DNA from: Lentisphaeria bacterium
GTDB lineage: Bacteria > Verrucomicrobiota > Lentisphaeria > Victivallales > UBA1829
DNA length: 64,000 nucleotides
Direction of reading: 5' to 3'
NCBI GenBank assembly: GCA_017503545.1
Contig: JAFVSW010000335.1
Coordinates: forward strand, 171 to 64,170
The notes under the pieces are model-generated. The model was not told the origin of the DNA. It was given only the letters and a program-made list of their open reading frames with translations, and did no database searches. Of the stretch, positions 46,009 through 55,647 are shown piece after piece; the first letter of the stretch is position 1; each line of letters begins with the position of its first letter. Position numbers and translations under genes: made by a program.

Positions 46009-46962
46009 TCAGTTGGAAGTCATCAGAATTTTTTCTGTGATTTCATACCGTAACTCTTCTCCGGCAATATAACGCTTGAATTCGTCAATCATAAAGTCCG
46101 GCATACGATGAAATTCATCATTGAACGACCCTGCAATGTGAGCAGAAAGATGTACGTTCGGCAGGGTGTACAACGGGGAATCGTCTTCCGGCGGTTCCGG
46201 ACATGTCACATCCAGCAAAGCGGTCAAATCGGGACGTTCTTTCAATACTTCGCACATGCCAACTTCATCCACCTGCGCACCGCGTCCCGTATTGATAAAG
46301 GTTGCTCCTTTACGCATGGAGGCAAACATTTCTTTGGTCAATACTTTCTGATTATCTTCCCGGTTCGGAAGATGATTGCTGACAACATACGCCGTGCGGA
46401 AAGCTTCTTCCAGAGAAATCGTGCGCCGTTCCTTGCGGGAAGGAATTACGATCACGTTCAAATTATAATTTTTCAAAAGTTCCTGTACTTTGGCAGAAAT
46501 CGCGCCGGCACCGATCAATGCAACGGTTTCCCCATACGCGCCGGGTCCGATATTCTCGCGCGTCCATTTATCCTTACTTTTCAAACCGGCAGAATGATTG
46601 AAATAATTTTTCATGGAAAGAAGAATTTGCGCTACCGTAAATTCTGCAACAGGAATCGCATTGGCAAGCCAGGCACTGAAGACGCGAATCCCACGATCCA
46701 GCAACGGACGTGCAAAATAATCGGTCGCTCCGGCGGCATAAAAGACCGCTTTCAAATTCGGCATACGGTCCAACTGTTCCGGCGTAAAATTCATCATTCC
46801 CCACGTGGAAAAAATGACTTCCACATCAGAAACATCCACACTGTCAAAATTGTCACCTTCCACAATTTCCGGTTTCAAATCGGTCAGTTTTGCAATCTCT
46901 GCACGCTGAGCTTCCGTATAAACGGTATTGACCATTCGGGATACAAATAAAGATTTCATCAT
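46009..46962 (-). CDS. D-isomer-specific 2-hydroxyacid dehydrogenase
   Basis: NAIPVAE, IGAGAI, FINTGRG, LDVT.PEP, SAHIAG. Confidence 0.9.
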   Translation of the reverse strand: MMKSLFVSRMVNTVYTEAQRAEIAKLTDLKPEIVEGDNFDSVDVSDVEVIFSTWGMMNFTPEQLDRMPNLKAVFYAAGATDYFARPLLDRGIRVFSAWLANAIPVAEFTVAQILLSMKNYFNHSAGLKSKDKWTRENIGPGAYGETVALIGAGAISAKVQELLKNYNLNVIVIPSRKERRTISLEEAFRTAYVVSNHLPNREDNQKVLTKEMFASMRKGATFINTGRGAQVDEVGMCEVLKERPDLTALLDVTCPEPPEDDSPLYTLPNVHLSAHIAGSFNDEFHRMPDFMIDEFKRYIAGEELRYEITEKILMTSN

Positions 46963-47063
46963 AAATTACCTTGCTCCTTGATAAGTAAAATAGAAGATGT
47001 CAGGTAACATACATTTTTTTTTACACTTTTCAAGTCACTCATCCACTTTTTCGGGAAAAATAT

Positions 47064-48299
47064 TCACAAAGCAAACAGATAATTCCCCTGTGAACTGTCA
47101 GACAGAACAACTTGCTTCCCTGTCGGTAATTCCGTTATGGCCCCGGTTATCATCGGGGGGACCGGGCAAACCGACCATTTCCGCAGCAATTTGCCTTTTG
47201 ATGTCTGCCGGAGAGACCACCCCTGTCTGTACAAATCACCCAATTCCGCCGAGGTCAGAAAATAGACGCCATATTTTTCTGCAAGACACAAAAATTCGCC
47301 CCATCGTTTCAAATTATTCTCCACTTCAGATGCCGGATAAGCACTCCAGACATTCCGGTGTGCCGATATGATCGATGGTTCTTTGTAAATATTGAAATTA
47401 TTACAACAGATTTGCCAGATCGTCTCCGCTGTATCCGGACTTTCTGCCTCCCAGAATACATTCCGCGTCAAAAATGCCAGATCCCGGCTTTTATCTGTAT
47501 CCCCCAAACGCCCGTAAATATCCTGGCAGTTCCACGGTTTTGTATGGTACACTGTGCAAACTCCATTATTCAAGCGGCTGTTCAGCAATGCAAGCGTCCG
47601 AACCCCGTTTTCATACCACAATTGTACCGTTTCCGGTGTCGCATCCGAATTGATCGCAACAGAAGGATAACGCCCGAAAAGGTTATAAAAACGTTGAAAT
47701 GCTTTCCGGATCATCCTTTCCTGTTCCGGCAAATCAAATCCTTCGTATTCCGGCAAATGATACGGAAGTGAATACGTCTTGATACCGAACATTTGACGCG
47801 CAAAATCCCCTGCCGCCCCCTCTTCCCGCAGCATTTCCACCCAACGGCGCGAATTGATATGGTGCAGTGTCGCATGAAATTCCGGATGCCAGAGATCCTG
47901 ACGGATCCCTTCCTGCCACGCCGCAACTACGCCTTCCCCATTCCATCCCGCAGGAAATCCTTCATCCACTCCAATATCACTGTAATTCTGAAAACCATCT
48001 TCCCGGATCCGGTCAAAATCCGGATTCCCCATACATGTAAAGGCAGTTATAACCGGCGAAAAACCATCTGCACCATGATACCGTTTCAACAGAGAAAATA
48101 AATTGTAAAGTTCCTCTTTCGATTCCAATTTCGGGCAACATTTCCGTTTACTGCCGCACAAATTAAAATACTCTTGCAATAACGATTCATCGGCAACGCC
48201 CGCCAACGCTCCCCAGTCATCACTTTCGATCACGACACAGGGAAAACGCTCTATGTCGATCTCGTATTTCCGTGTATAGGAATATTTCAACCACTTCAT
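47064..48299 (-). CDS. Hypothetical protein, possible polysaccharide deacetylase-like fold
   Basis: VIESDDWG and EFHATLH resemble the NodB-type TFDD and H-x3-H metal motifs. Confidence 0.6.
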   Translation of the reverse strand: MKWLKYSYTRKYEIDIERFPCVVIESDDWGALAGVADESLLQEYFNLCGSKRKCCPKLESKEELYNLFSLLKRYHGADGFSPVITAFTCMGNPDFDRIREDGFQNYSDIGVDEGFPAGWNGEGVVAAWQEGIRQDLWHPEFHATLHHINSRRWVEMLREEGAAGDFARQMFGIKTYSLPYHLPEYEGFDLPEQERMIRKAFQRFYNLFGRYPSVAINSDATPETVQLWYENGVRTLALLNSRLNNGVCTVYHTKPWNCQDIYGRLGDTDKSRDLAFLTRNVFWEAESPDTAETIWQICCNNFNIYKEPSIISAHRNVWSAYPASEVENNLKRWGEFLCLAEKYGVYFLTSAELGDLYRQGWSLRQTSKGKLLRKWSVCPVPPMITGAITELPTGKQVVLSDSSQGNYLFAL

Positions 48300-48322
48300 A
48301 ATTTTTATTCAGACCTTTCTGG

Positions 48323-49093
48323 TTATCTCGGAATATTTGCGTATGCTATCGAATCATTCCGCCCAACGTTTTTTACCGATCCGTCACAATGCAACACATT
48401 GATACGATTATTCCCATGTACTGTCCAATCCGTATAGGATCCGCTGCCGTCATTCGTTACCGGATTGATCGTGTAAGGACGGTAATCCAACTCCGTCATC
48501 AAACCGGTCTTGGAGGGATATTTGACTTTCTTCAATACTGGATCATTCTCGTTACTCCCCCATACATGCTGCACACAGACTTTACTGTTGACGGAGTACG
48601 TCGTAATGGAATATGGTTGATTAGTCGGTGCTTTGCCTCTGGAACCACGCCAATTCGGACAGTAAAATAATTTCCAGTTCGGGTCTTTATACCGGTAACG
48701 CGCCTTATCGCCGGAAACCGGACGGTCAGATGCAATAAAACTGGAATAGTCTGCCGTATTGACACGGACGTATGATCCAATGTAAGTTGACCATAGACTC
48801 GTATATGGCGAAGAACTTGCAGACGCGACTTGTTTCCACGGGATAAAAACGCCGTCATGATCCTGGGCATACCCCAATATTCCAAATCCGATTTGTTTTT
48901 CCTGATTCAAACACGCTGAACTGCTTGCTGTCATCTTCACTTTGCCTAATGCCGGCAGCAACATCGCCGCAAGAATCGCGATAATCGCGATCACGATCAG
49001 CAATTCAATCAATGTAAAAAACGCTCTTACAACTGCGTTACAACGTCTCTGACGGTCTTTCCTATAACGGCTCGCCATAAACATTATCTCCAT
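48323..49093 (-). CDS. Prepilin-type N-terminal domain / DUF1559-like protein with H-X9-DG motif
   Basis: [50 protein letters not shown]. Confidence 0.9.
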   Translation of the reverse strand: MEIMFMASRYRKDRQRRCNAVVRAFFTLIELLIVIAIIAILAAMLLPALGKVKMTASSSACLNQEKQIGFGILGYAQDHDGVFIPWKQVASASSSPYTSLWSTYIGSYVRVNTADYSSFIASDRPVSGDKARYRYKDPNWKLFYCPNWRGSRGKAPTNQPYSITTYSVNSKVCVQHVWGSNENDPVLKKVKYPSKTGLMTELDYRPYTINPVTNDGSGSYTDWTVHGNNRINVLHCDGSVKNVGRNDSIAYANIPR

Positions 49094-49098
49094 TATTG

Positions 49099-50928
49099 TT
49101 ATTGTTTAAAATGCTTTTTCAATGCCTTGTATTCCGCTTCCGTTCCTTCAAAAAAGACTCTTCCCTGACCCGGCGGCAAAATGATTTCCCCGGGATCAAC
49201 CATTTTTCCTGTCAGATAATCTCGCAACTCTCCTTTATCGGCAAGCCGCAAGGTGATCTTCCGTGCCGATGCCCAGGTAAAACCTTCCAGATTATATTCA
49301 CCCGCATGAAGTTGGGTATTTTTATCGGTGCGATACGGATTATTTTTATCCCATGTTGCGATCCGTGTATTGACCGGTACGACAAATCTGCCTTTAAAGC
49401 CCGGGACAATAAATGTATTCACCTGTACATCTTTATCCGGGGAAACTGCCGCCGGATCGCCTTCCCGACACCAGTTTGCAAAAAGCGGAAACATCGATTT
49501 GTTCATATTGAAACATTCCCCGATTTCTTTCCAGAACCAACTTTCTTTCCCTTTCAGATCAACAAGAAATGACGTGCGTTCTCCCACTGCCCTGCCCTGA
49601 TAATAAAAAATCAGAAAACCGCGACACCCCTGGGATAGTGCAAGCCAGAATTGAAGATGCATTCCGTTTTTCGGCATGTAACGGTGAAAACCAGACCATT
49701 TGCCATTCGGTAATTTTTTATATCCGGTTGCTTCCGATAAATACGTACTCTCCTTTTCTTCATATTGTATGTATCCCTGCCCGACATAGATCAACGGACG
49801 TTTTCTGGATGCCGCAAATTGGTACATCTCATCCAATTCTCGACTCAGCAAACGTACCATGTCTGACGGCGTGGATATCACCAGTTTCCCTTTCCCGTTC
49901 AACACCATGCGGAAGCGATACCGGTCAAAACCAAACCATTCCGGTATATCATCCCCATTATCCAATTCCATGGATTTTATGTTGTTATGAAGGGTAAAGG
50001 CGGGAATCTTCGGCATCTGTTCTTTGGAAAGACGCCGCCCATCCTTCATCAACGCCATATCATGCGCCGCCGGCTGCACTTCCTCTTTACAGGTATAACC
50101 AACAAGATTGGGAATATCATTGTAATGATGCAGATATTTCCGGATCGCCGGTACTGTCACTCGCTCAAAATATTTCCGGTCATTTTTGGTGCGGACATAT
50201 AATTCGCCGGTACCTTGCGCAAACACTTTCAAACCATATTGATCCGCTTTTTTACATACGTATTTGAAAAATTCCGGATCCGTTGTAATATTGGCAATAT
50301 ATACTGCGGTACATCCATGCAAGCGCATATCTGAAAAAATAGTTTCAAAATACTGTTCAACATTCAGCCCCCGCGCCGGCGCAAGGGTCTTTTCCACAAA
50401 TTCACGACTGCCGAGATAAAGATATGCTCCGGTCGGAAAAAATCCCGGCTTGTAATCATACTCCGTATACGTTTTACGGTTCGTTTTGGGTAACAACAGA
50501 ACTGCTCCCTGTTTCGCATCCACATCGCTGACCTTGAGCGATTCCACGCGCAACGTCGCATTTTTCCCGATTTTATAGGTGTAAACTTCGATCCGCTTCA
50601 TCGTTTCTGTATCAACATCAAACGTTGTTACCCGGGAAATTTCTGATCCACCCGCTTTTAAAGCAATATTCCAAAATAAACCTCGGAATTCCGCTTTCCC
50701 CTGCTGCGGATAAATACGCAAACGGACTCCCAATTTACCTTCTCCGGCTGCTTTGACCGATATCCTGACTTTCTGCGGCTGCGTGAATTTTTCAAGCGTA
50801 AATCCCCCATGATTCACATAATACTCTTTCTGCAACTCCGGATCCTTATAAGTCTTTTCCCAAATGACCTCTCCCGAAACAACCGCTGAAAACAGCACTG
50901 CCACCAACGTACTTATGAGCTTTGTCAT
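49099..50928 (-). CDS. Secreted hypothetical protein, putative TIM-barrel glycoside hydrolase with N-terminal beta domain
   Basis: Signal peptide; FFPTGAY, LVGYTCKEE, FGFDRY and WLALSQGCRGFLIFYY resemble GH-like barrels. Function is inferred. Confidence 0.65.
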   Translation of the reverse strand: MTKLISTLVAVLFSAVVSGEVIWEKTYKDPELQKEYYVNHGGFTLEKFTQPQKVRISVKAAGEGKLGVRLRIYPQQGKAEFRGLFWNIALKAGGSEISRVTTFDVDTETMKRIEVYTYKIGKNATLRVESLKVSDVDAKQGAVLLLPKTNRKTYTEYDYKPGFFPTGAYLYLGSREFVEKTLAPARGLNVEQYFETIFSDMRLHGCTAVYIANITTDPEFFKYVCKKADQYGLKVFAQGTGELYVRTKNDRKYFERVTVPAIRKYLHHYNDIPNLVGYTCKEEVQPAAHDMALMKDGRRLSKEQMPKIPAFTLHNNIKSMELDNGDDIPEWFGFDRYRFRMVLNGKGKLVISTPSDMVRLLSRELDEMYQFAASRKRPLIYVGQGYIQYEEKESTYLSEATGYKKLPNGKWSGFHRYMPKNGMHLQFWLALSQGCRGFLIFYYQGRAVGERTSFLVDLKGKESWFWKEIGECFNMNKSMFPLFANWCREGDPAAVSPDKDVQVNTFIVPGFKGRFVVPVNTRIATWDKNNPYRTDKNTQLHAGEYNLEGFTWASARKITLRLADKGELRDYLTGKMVDPGEIILPPGQGRVFFEGTEAEYKALKKHFKQ

Positions 50929-50997
50929 AAGATTTCCTTTCTTTGTTTTATTTGATTTTTATAGTGTTACATCCATATTATATATCAAAGTATTTTT

Positions 50998-51025
50998 AAT
51001 ATACATTATATATTTCAATTGTCAA
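50998..51025 (-). promoter_or_regulatory. Sigma70-like promoter
   Basis: Minus strand TTGACA-N16-TATATT in an AT-rich intergenic region. Confidence 0.55.
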
Positions 51026-51207
51026 GGGGGCAGTAAAGATTTTTTTGTATTTTTATTCAACAGTCCGGAAAATTTGAATAACAAAAGATGGTTGATGAGA
51101 TAAAATGTTGTTGAAAAACAATAAAAGCAATTCCGGCAAGAGTTTTCAGTTGTACAATAGCCGCAATAAACAGGAGTGCGACGACGCGCAGAGGAATAAT
51201 CACCGGT

Positions 51208-52524
51208 TTAATGATGGAATATCGTATCCAATTCAACCAGATCCCGGGTATTCTGCATCAATTCATCCACCGTTTTTTCAAGAGAAACTGTTTGCTTGAA
51301 ATATTGTTCCAGCAATGCGGATGCAAAACTGCAGAAGCGATATTTGAAACAATGGGATAATTCCCGGATATTGGAATGTTGTAATATCTGTTCTGCAATT
51401 CCTGTTTCCGGTTCCAATTTCTTCTGGGCAGCAAATACATCCCGGTCAACTGAAAAAGTATTTCCACCAGAAAGAAGATGCTCCTGACTTTCTTTCCGCA
51501 ACAGCCAATTATTCCACAACCAGGCTTCTTGAGGATTCGACGCATTTTTACACACGCCAAGCATATACCCGAACAGCGGCACATGCCTGTCACCGGAAAA
51601 GGTCGCAGGGATCTGACGCACTTCCCATTCATCAAAATCAATGTTGAAATTGTTTTTCCCGGAATAATACGAACATATCATATTCACCGGACAATCCTTT
51701 TGCTGATAGGATGAAAGCGCATTCGACCAGAGATTCGCTCCGGGTAATGCCTTATCATAAAGTGTATGCAGGATATGAATCAATTTTATATAATCTTCAC
51801 GACAAGTTGAATGTTCAAAATTACTCAGCAAATATCCGGCAAAAGTATCAAGTCCTACATGCAATGCAACATAAAGCCGGTCATCTGTCAGAATTTGTTC
51901 CCAGGATTCCAACGCAGGACTCTCTTTTCTGGCAAACAGTACCGGCACTGTCCAGGAAAAAAATGCACCATAGGCATGAGCCGGCAAAAAATCCAATGCA
52001 TTACAGCGATATTCCGGCAATTCATTTTTGGGAATCAGCAAGCCTCTTTTCCCCAACGCGTGACAAGTATTAGGCAGAACGATCACGGCATCCGCAGAAA
52101 GTTGTTCCATTTCATCATTGATTTCCTGCGAAGTAAGCAATTCCACATCGATCCACGGATAAAATGCAGAAAATTTTTCGGCTATTTGAATAAAACTTTC
52201 CGTCTTTCCTACATAGGGCGATAATACTACGCGGATCTTTTTCCGCGGCGGCTGCACAAGTTTGTGGTCCGTTTCTTTTGATACAGCAACAGTATGTTCC
52301 GACAACAATATCGCATGACTGCGATTGATCCGTGTCCCGACGTTCCCCGGATAACAAGTCACAACGCCTTTACTTTCCAAGTATTTTACAACACGGACTG
52401 CTGTTTGCAGACTGACATTATAATCTTTCGCCAATTTGGGAAACGGCGGCAGTTTATCCCCGGCAAAATTACCGGCAATGATTTTTTTGATAATATCTTC
52501 TGCAATTGCGGAATATTTGGACAC
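51208..52524 (-). CDS. GntR-wHTH regulator fused to a solute-binding-protein-like domain
   Basis: KLPPFPKLAKDYNVSLQTAVRVVKYLESKG HTH. The C-terminus (FSAFYPWIDVE, LGVCKNASNPQEAWLWNNWLL) resembles sugar ABC SBPs. Confidence 0.8.
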   Translation of the reverse strand: MSKYSAIAEDIIKKIIAGNFAGDKLPPFPKLAKDYNVSLQTAVRVVKYLESKGVVTCYPGNVGTRINRSHAILLSEHTVAVSKETDHKLVQPPRKKIRVVLSPYVGKTESFIQIAEKFSAFYPWIDVELLTSQEINDEMEQLSADAVIVLPNTCHALGKRGLLIPKNELPEYRCNALDFLPAHAYGAFFSWTVPVLFARKESPALESWEQILTDDRLYVALHVGLDTFAGYLLSNFEHSTCREDYIKLIHILHTLYDKALPGANLWSNALSSYQQKDCPVNMICSYYSGKNNFNIDFDEWEVRQIPATFSGDRHVPLFGYMLGVCKNASNPQEAWLWNNWLLRKESQEHLLSGGNTFSVDRDVFAAQKKLEPETGIAEQILQHSNIRELSHCFKYRFCSFASALLEQYFKQTVSLEKTVDELMQNTRDLVELDTIFHH

Positions 52525-52551
52525 AATACAAACCTTTCAACTGAATGTAAT

Positions 52552-52579
52552 AATATAATCGTCATTCCCGCAATTGCAA
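52552..52579 (-). promoter_or_regulatory. Sigma70-like promoter
   Basis: Minus strand TTGCAA-N16-TATATT. Confidence 0.55.
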
Positions 52580-52774
52580 ATAAAAAGCGCAATTTTCAAC
52601 AATGCTGGAAGGCAGTATTGCCCCCGAAACAAATCTTCCGGTATAAATCTATAAACCAATAACAACATTACACTGGCTTATTTCCCATGGATCCAATAAA
52701 GAACTTTACCATTGCTTTTCTGCAATATAGCACCACCAAGTGGACATTTTGGGTCCTCTCTCGAATCTTTGTCG

Positions 52775-53260
52775 TTATTTTTTTGTATTTTTTTCACCTT
52801 TTTTCAGACTCAAGATTATCCAGCTGCCGTTACGCTTGCCGTCTTTACGGTAAATCAGGTTCTTTTTCTGCAAAGAATCCATAATACGCTTTACGGTGCG
52901 TTCGGACTTTTTGATTTCGACTGCAAGCTGTTTTTGTGTTGTTTTGGGGGATTGCGCAAGAATATTCAAAATTGCACTCTCTTCCAAAGTGACATTTTGG
53001 CACTTTGGGATGGCACTTTGGGATTCTGCTTCCGCACTCCAGCGGATATGACAATAACGATTTTTTAATTCATTTTTGCCATTAAAAAGTAAATTTTCAA
53101 AAAATCTTTCCAAGAATACCGTTGTTGATGATATTCCAAGCTGATAGTCATTGAAATTAGCCCGGACAAGCGCATTCCGGAAATACCAGGAGTGATCCCG
53201 GAATGGTTCATTGTTCACAAGGAAACCAAATTGACGCAGGTACATAATAGTAAAAACGGC
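52775..53260 (-). pseudogene. 5'-truncated Fic-family gene (C-terminal part + wHTH)
   Basis: AVFTIMYLRQFGF...SWYFRNALVRAN is the segment that follows HPFxxGNxR in Fic proteins, but that motif is absent. C-terminal wHTH (TQKQLA..SERTVKR..GKRNGSW). Confidence 0.75.
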
Positions 53261-53274
53261 AGCCAGCAGTCCGA

Positions 53275-53423
53275 TTACAACTCCACAAGAAACAATTTTC
53301 CGCGGGAACTTTTGAAATTAAAGCTGAAACCGTTTGCTTTGACCGGCAATTTTTGATCCGTGATACAATCCAATACCGATTTCGATGCAGTCGGGAATGT
53401 GATCGTTTCCTGCGGTCCGGTAA
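53275..53423 (-). pseudogene. Orphan 3' end of a paralog of the 954-aa gene
   Basis: 149-bp ungapped direct repeat of 57522-57670 (123/149 identical by manual alignment), encoding GPQETITFPT...SRGKLFLVEL*. Confidence 0.9.
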
Positions 53424-53615
53424 AAATGCCCGGATTTGATTGAAATTGTCGGGATTTATTATATATTGAAAACAACAAAATCCTCAATATGCAACACGAA
53501 AAATCCCGAACCGCGCATACAATAGCATCGTTTCTCAAATTTTCAACTTTGCACTGTAATAATTTCCGGCGATATGTCAACATGCACTGCGGATCATCGA
53601 TCCGGTATCTTCCAT

Positions 53616-53663
53616 AAAAAAAACGATTTTCTTTGAACCGGTGATACCATTCAAAGAAAATCG
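53616..53663 (-). terminator. Rho-independent terminator
   Basis: 14-bp stem CGATTTTCTTTGAA / TTCAAAGAAAATCG with T8 on the minus strand. Confidence 0.8.
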
Positions 53664-53685
53664 CTATTCAAGAATGATCGGACTT

Positions 53686-54819
53686 TTATCTGCCCAATGA
53701 TTTCCAGACAGGTTCCAGATCAACAACCGCGCCATTTTGTGCCGCCTGATCCAGCGCAAGCGCAAAGACTGCACTTTCCAAACCTTCATTGCCGCTGCAT
53801 GAGGGGGCAGTACCATTCTGCATGGTATCGAACAATTCTTTCATGATAACGGCATCGCCGCCGCCGTGGAAGTCGCCGTCAAAATTCAGCACAGTTTCAT
53901 TTTCATCGGCAATATTTTTATACCGGATCTGCATTTTGTAAAGATCCAGATCCAGATTCCCTTCCGAACAATGGAATGACATACGCCGTTCCGGAATGGC
54001 ATTGCTCATGGTAGAGGTGAAACTGACACGGATCCGGTTACGGTATTCGGCGATACTCACTTGATTATCCATCAGGTCGGTATCATCGGAAAACGGTGTT
54101 TCTGTCCGGTGCGGATCCCGCCACATGTGAAACATTTCCTTGCCGTATTTTTCTTCCATACAACGATTTTCCGGGCGGAAAAATTCCCGTCCGCCGAACG
54201 ATACCACTTTTGACGGTAGAGACTGGCAGAACCAGTTGATCAAATCCAGATCGTGACAGCATTTTTCCAGGATATGCGGTCCGGCAATACGGGTAAGCCG
54301 CCGCCAGTTGCACATGATATAACCGCCATGACCGGGGCGGATGTGTTCGTTTGCTTCAAGAGTCAGGAGTCTGCCGAGTTTGCCGCTGTCAAGAATTTCT
54401 TTTGTGGTACGGTAAATATTGGCATAACGCAGGACAAATCCGGTGGCAAAGAGCTGCCCGGACTGCTGCCATGCGTCATAGATCATCTTGCAATCTTCAA
54501 TGGAAGTCGCAAGGGGTTTTTCAGAAAACACATGCTTTCCCGCCTGAAAACCTTCCAATATATGCTGTTTATGGAAAACATTGGGAGAGAAGATCATAAC
54601 CCAGTCCACTCCTGGTGCGGTTATGGCTTCCACAGAAGAATTACAGCAGAGAGCATCGGGCATATTCCAGACCTTGCAAACATCCTCCATCTCCGCCTGG
54701 TCCGGATCATAAACGGAAACGATCCGGATATTGTCTTGAGAAACAGGGAACAGATAACTTAATACGCCTCTTGCCCGGTTGCCATTACCGATAACGGCAA
54801 TTCCAATTTTCTTGCACAT
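53686..54819 (-). CDS. Gfo/Idh/MocA family oxidoreductase
   Basis: IAVIGNG, HVFSEKPLA, EKCCHDLD, HGGGD. Confidence 0.92.
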   Translation of the reverse strand: MCKKIGIAVIGNGNRARGVLSYLFPVSQDNIRIVSVYDPDQAEMEDVCKVWNMPDALCCNSSVEAITAPGVDWVMIFSPNVFHKQHILEGFQAGKHVFSEKPLATSIEDCKMIYDAWQQSGQLFATGFVLRYANIYRTTKEILDSGKLGRLLTLEANEHIRPGHGGYIMCNWRRLTRIAGPHILEKCCHDLDLINWFCQSLPSKVVSFGGREFFRPENRCMEEKYGKEMFHMWRDPHRTETPFSDDTDLMDNQVSIAEYRNRIRVSFTSTMSNAIPERRMSFHCSEGNLDLDLYKMQIRYKNIADENETVLNFDGDFHGGGDAVIMKELFDTMQNGTAPSCSGNEGLESAVFALALDQAAQNGAVVDLEPVWKSLGR

Positions 54820-54871
54820 GATAAATAAACCTTGTAAAAAATAACATGATATGTAATGATGGATGAACCTG

Positions 54872-55591
54872 TTAAAACTTCATGGTGTTCAAGTGATTCC
54901 GCGCGGCATCAAAAGAACAGAACGCCTCCTGTCTTGCATAAGGAAGAACGCCTGTCTGAAGATATTGTGCTGCCGTGATTTCATTCAGAAATCCGTAACG
55001 GTTGATGAATTGCCCCTGAAAACCGAGTGTCGCGCCGATTTGATCGGGCGGAGTATGAGAGAGATTATTCTGCCATTCTGCGGGGAAAAACCGGAGAAAT
55101 GCCGGCAGAGAATTAAGCCAGGTTGCCGTATACAGGGTGCAGCAGCCATGTTCCCGTTCTGCTTTATCCATAATATAACGGAGATTTTCCACGATATAAG
55201 CCGGATCTTTCAAAAAGGATTCCGGCTGTTTTGCATTGCGAATGTGGAGATAACAGTAGTTTTTCTTTTCCAGAATATTATAACGGAAACTTCTGCCCGG
55301 TTCATAATCCGGATGATCCGGCTGCGGCGGAAAAATACTTTTCATCCATGTCAATACATCGGGCAGCAGTACCTGCATATCCTTTTTATCGGAAACAGCA
55401 TCTGCCATTTCACACGCACGGGAAAAAACGGGAGCCTGATCAGTACCGAGCAGTGTTCGGAGAAAGGAACGTTCCATCAAGCACCTTCCACGCGATAATT
55501 CGGGATGCCTCCGGTGTTGATCCCAGGCTACGTCCAGAGCAAAATACCATGACTTTACGGCATTATCTAAAAAAAGTTCCAATGTGATCAT
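54872..55591 (-). CDS. Hypothetical protein
   Basis: RBS GGAAGGA before ATG 55591; motifs YLHIRNAKQPESFL and TATWLN. Confidence 0.7.
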   Translation of the reverse strand: MITLELFLDNAVKSWYFALDVAWDQHRRHPELSRGRCLMERSFLRTLLGTDQAPVFSRACEMADAVSDKKDMQVLLPDVLTWMKSIFPPQPDHPDYEPGRSFRYNILEKKNYCYLHIRNAKQPESFLKDPAYIVENLRYIMDKAEREHGCCTLYTATWLNSLPAFLRFFPAEWQNNLSHTPPDQIGATLGFQGQFINRYGFLNEITAAQYLQTGVLPYARQEAFCSFDAARNHLNTMKF

Positions 55592-55647
55592 GATATATCC
55601 TTCCTGATTACAAATAATATATGGTATTATGCAATATTTCAATCCGG

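Noticed and set aside
52775-53245. Active Fic toxin or toxin-antitoxin module
   Set aside because: The HPFxxGNxR catalytic motif and the N-terminal half are missing.
53275-53583. 102-aa ORF as a real gene
   Set aside because: Only the last 48 or so codons are homologous to anything (the duplicated gene tail); the rest is intergenic read-through with no RBS.
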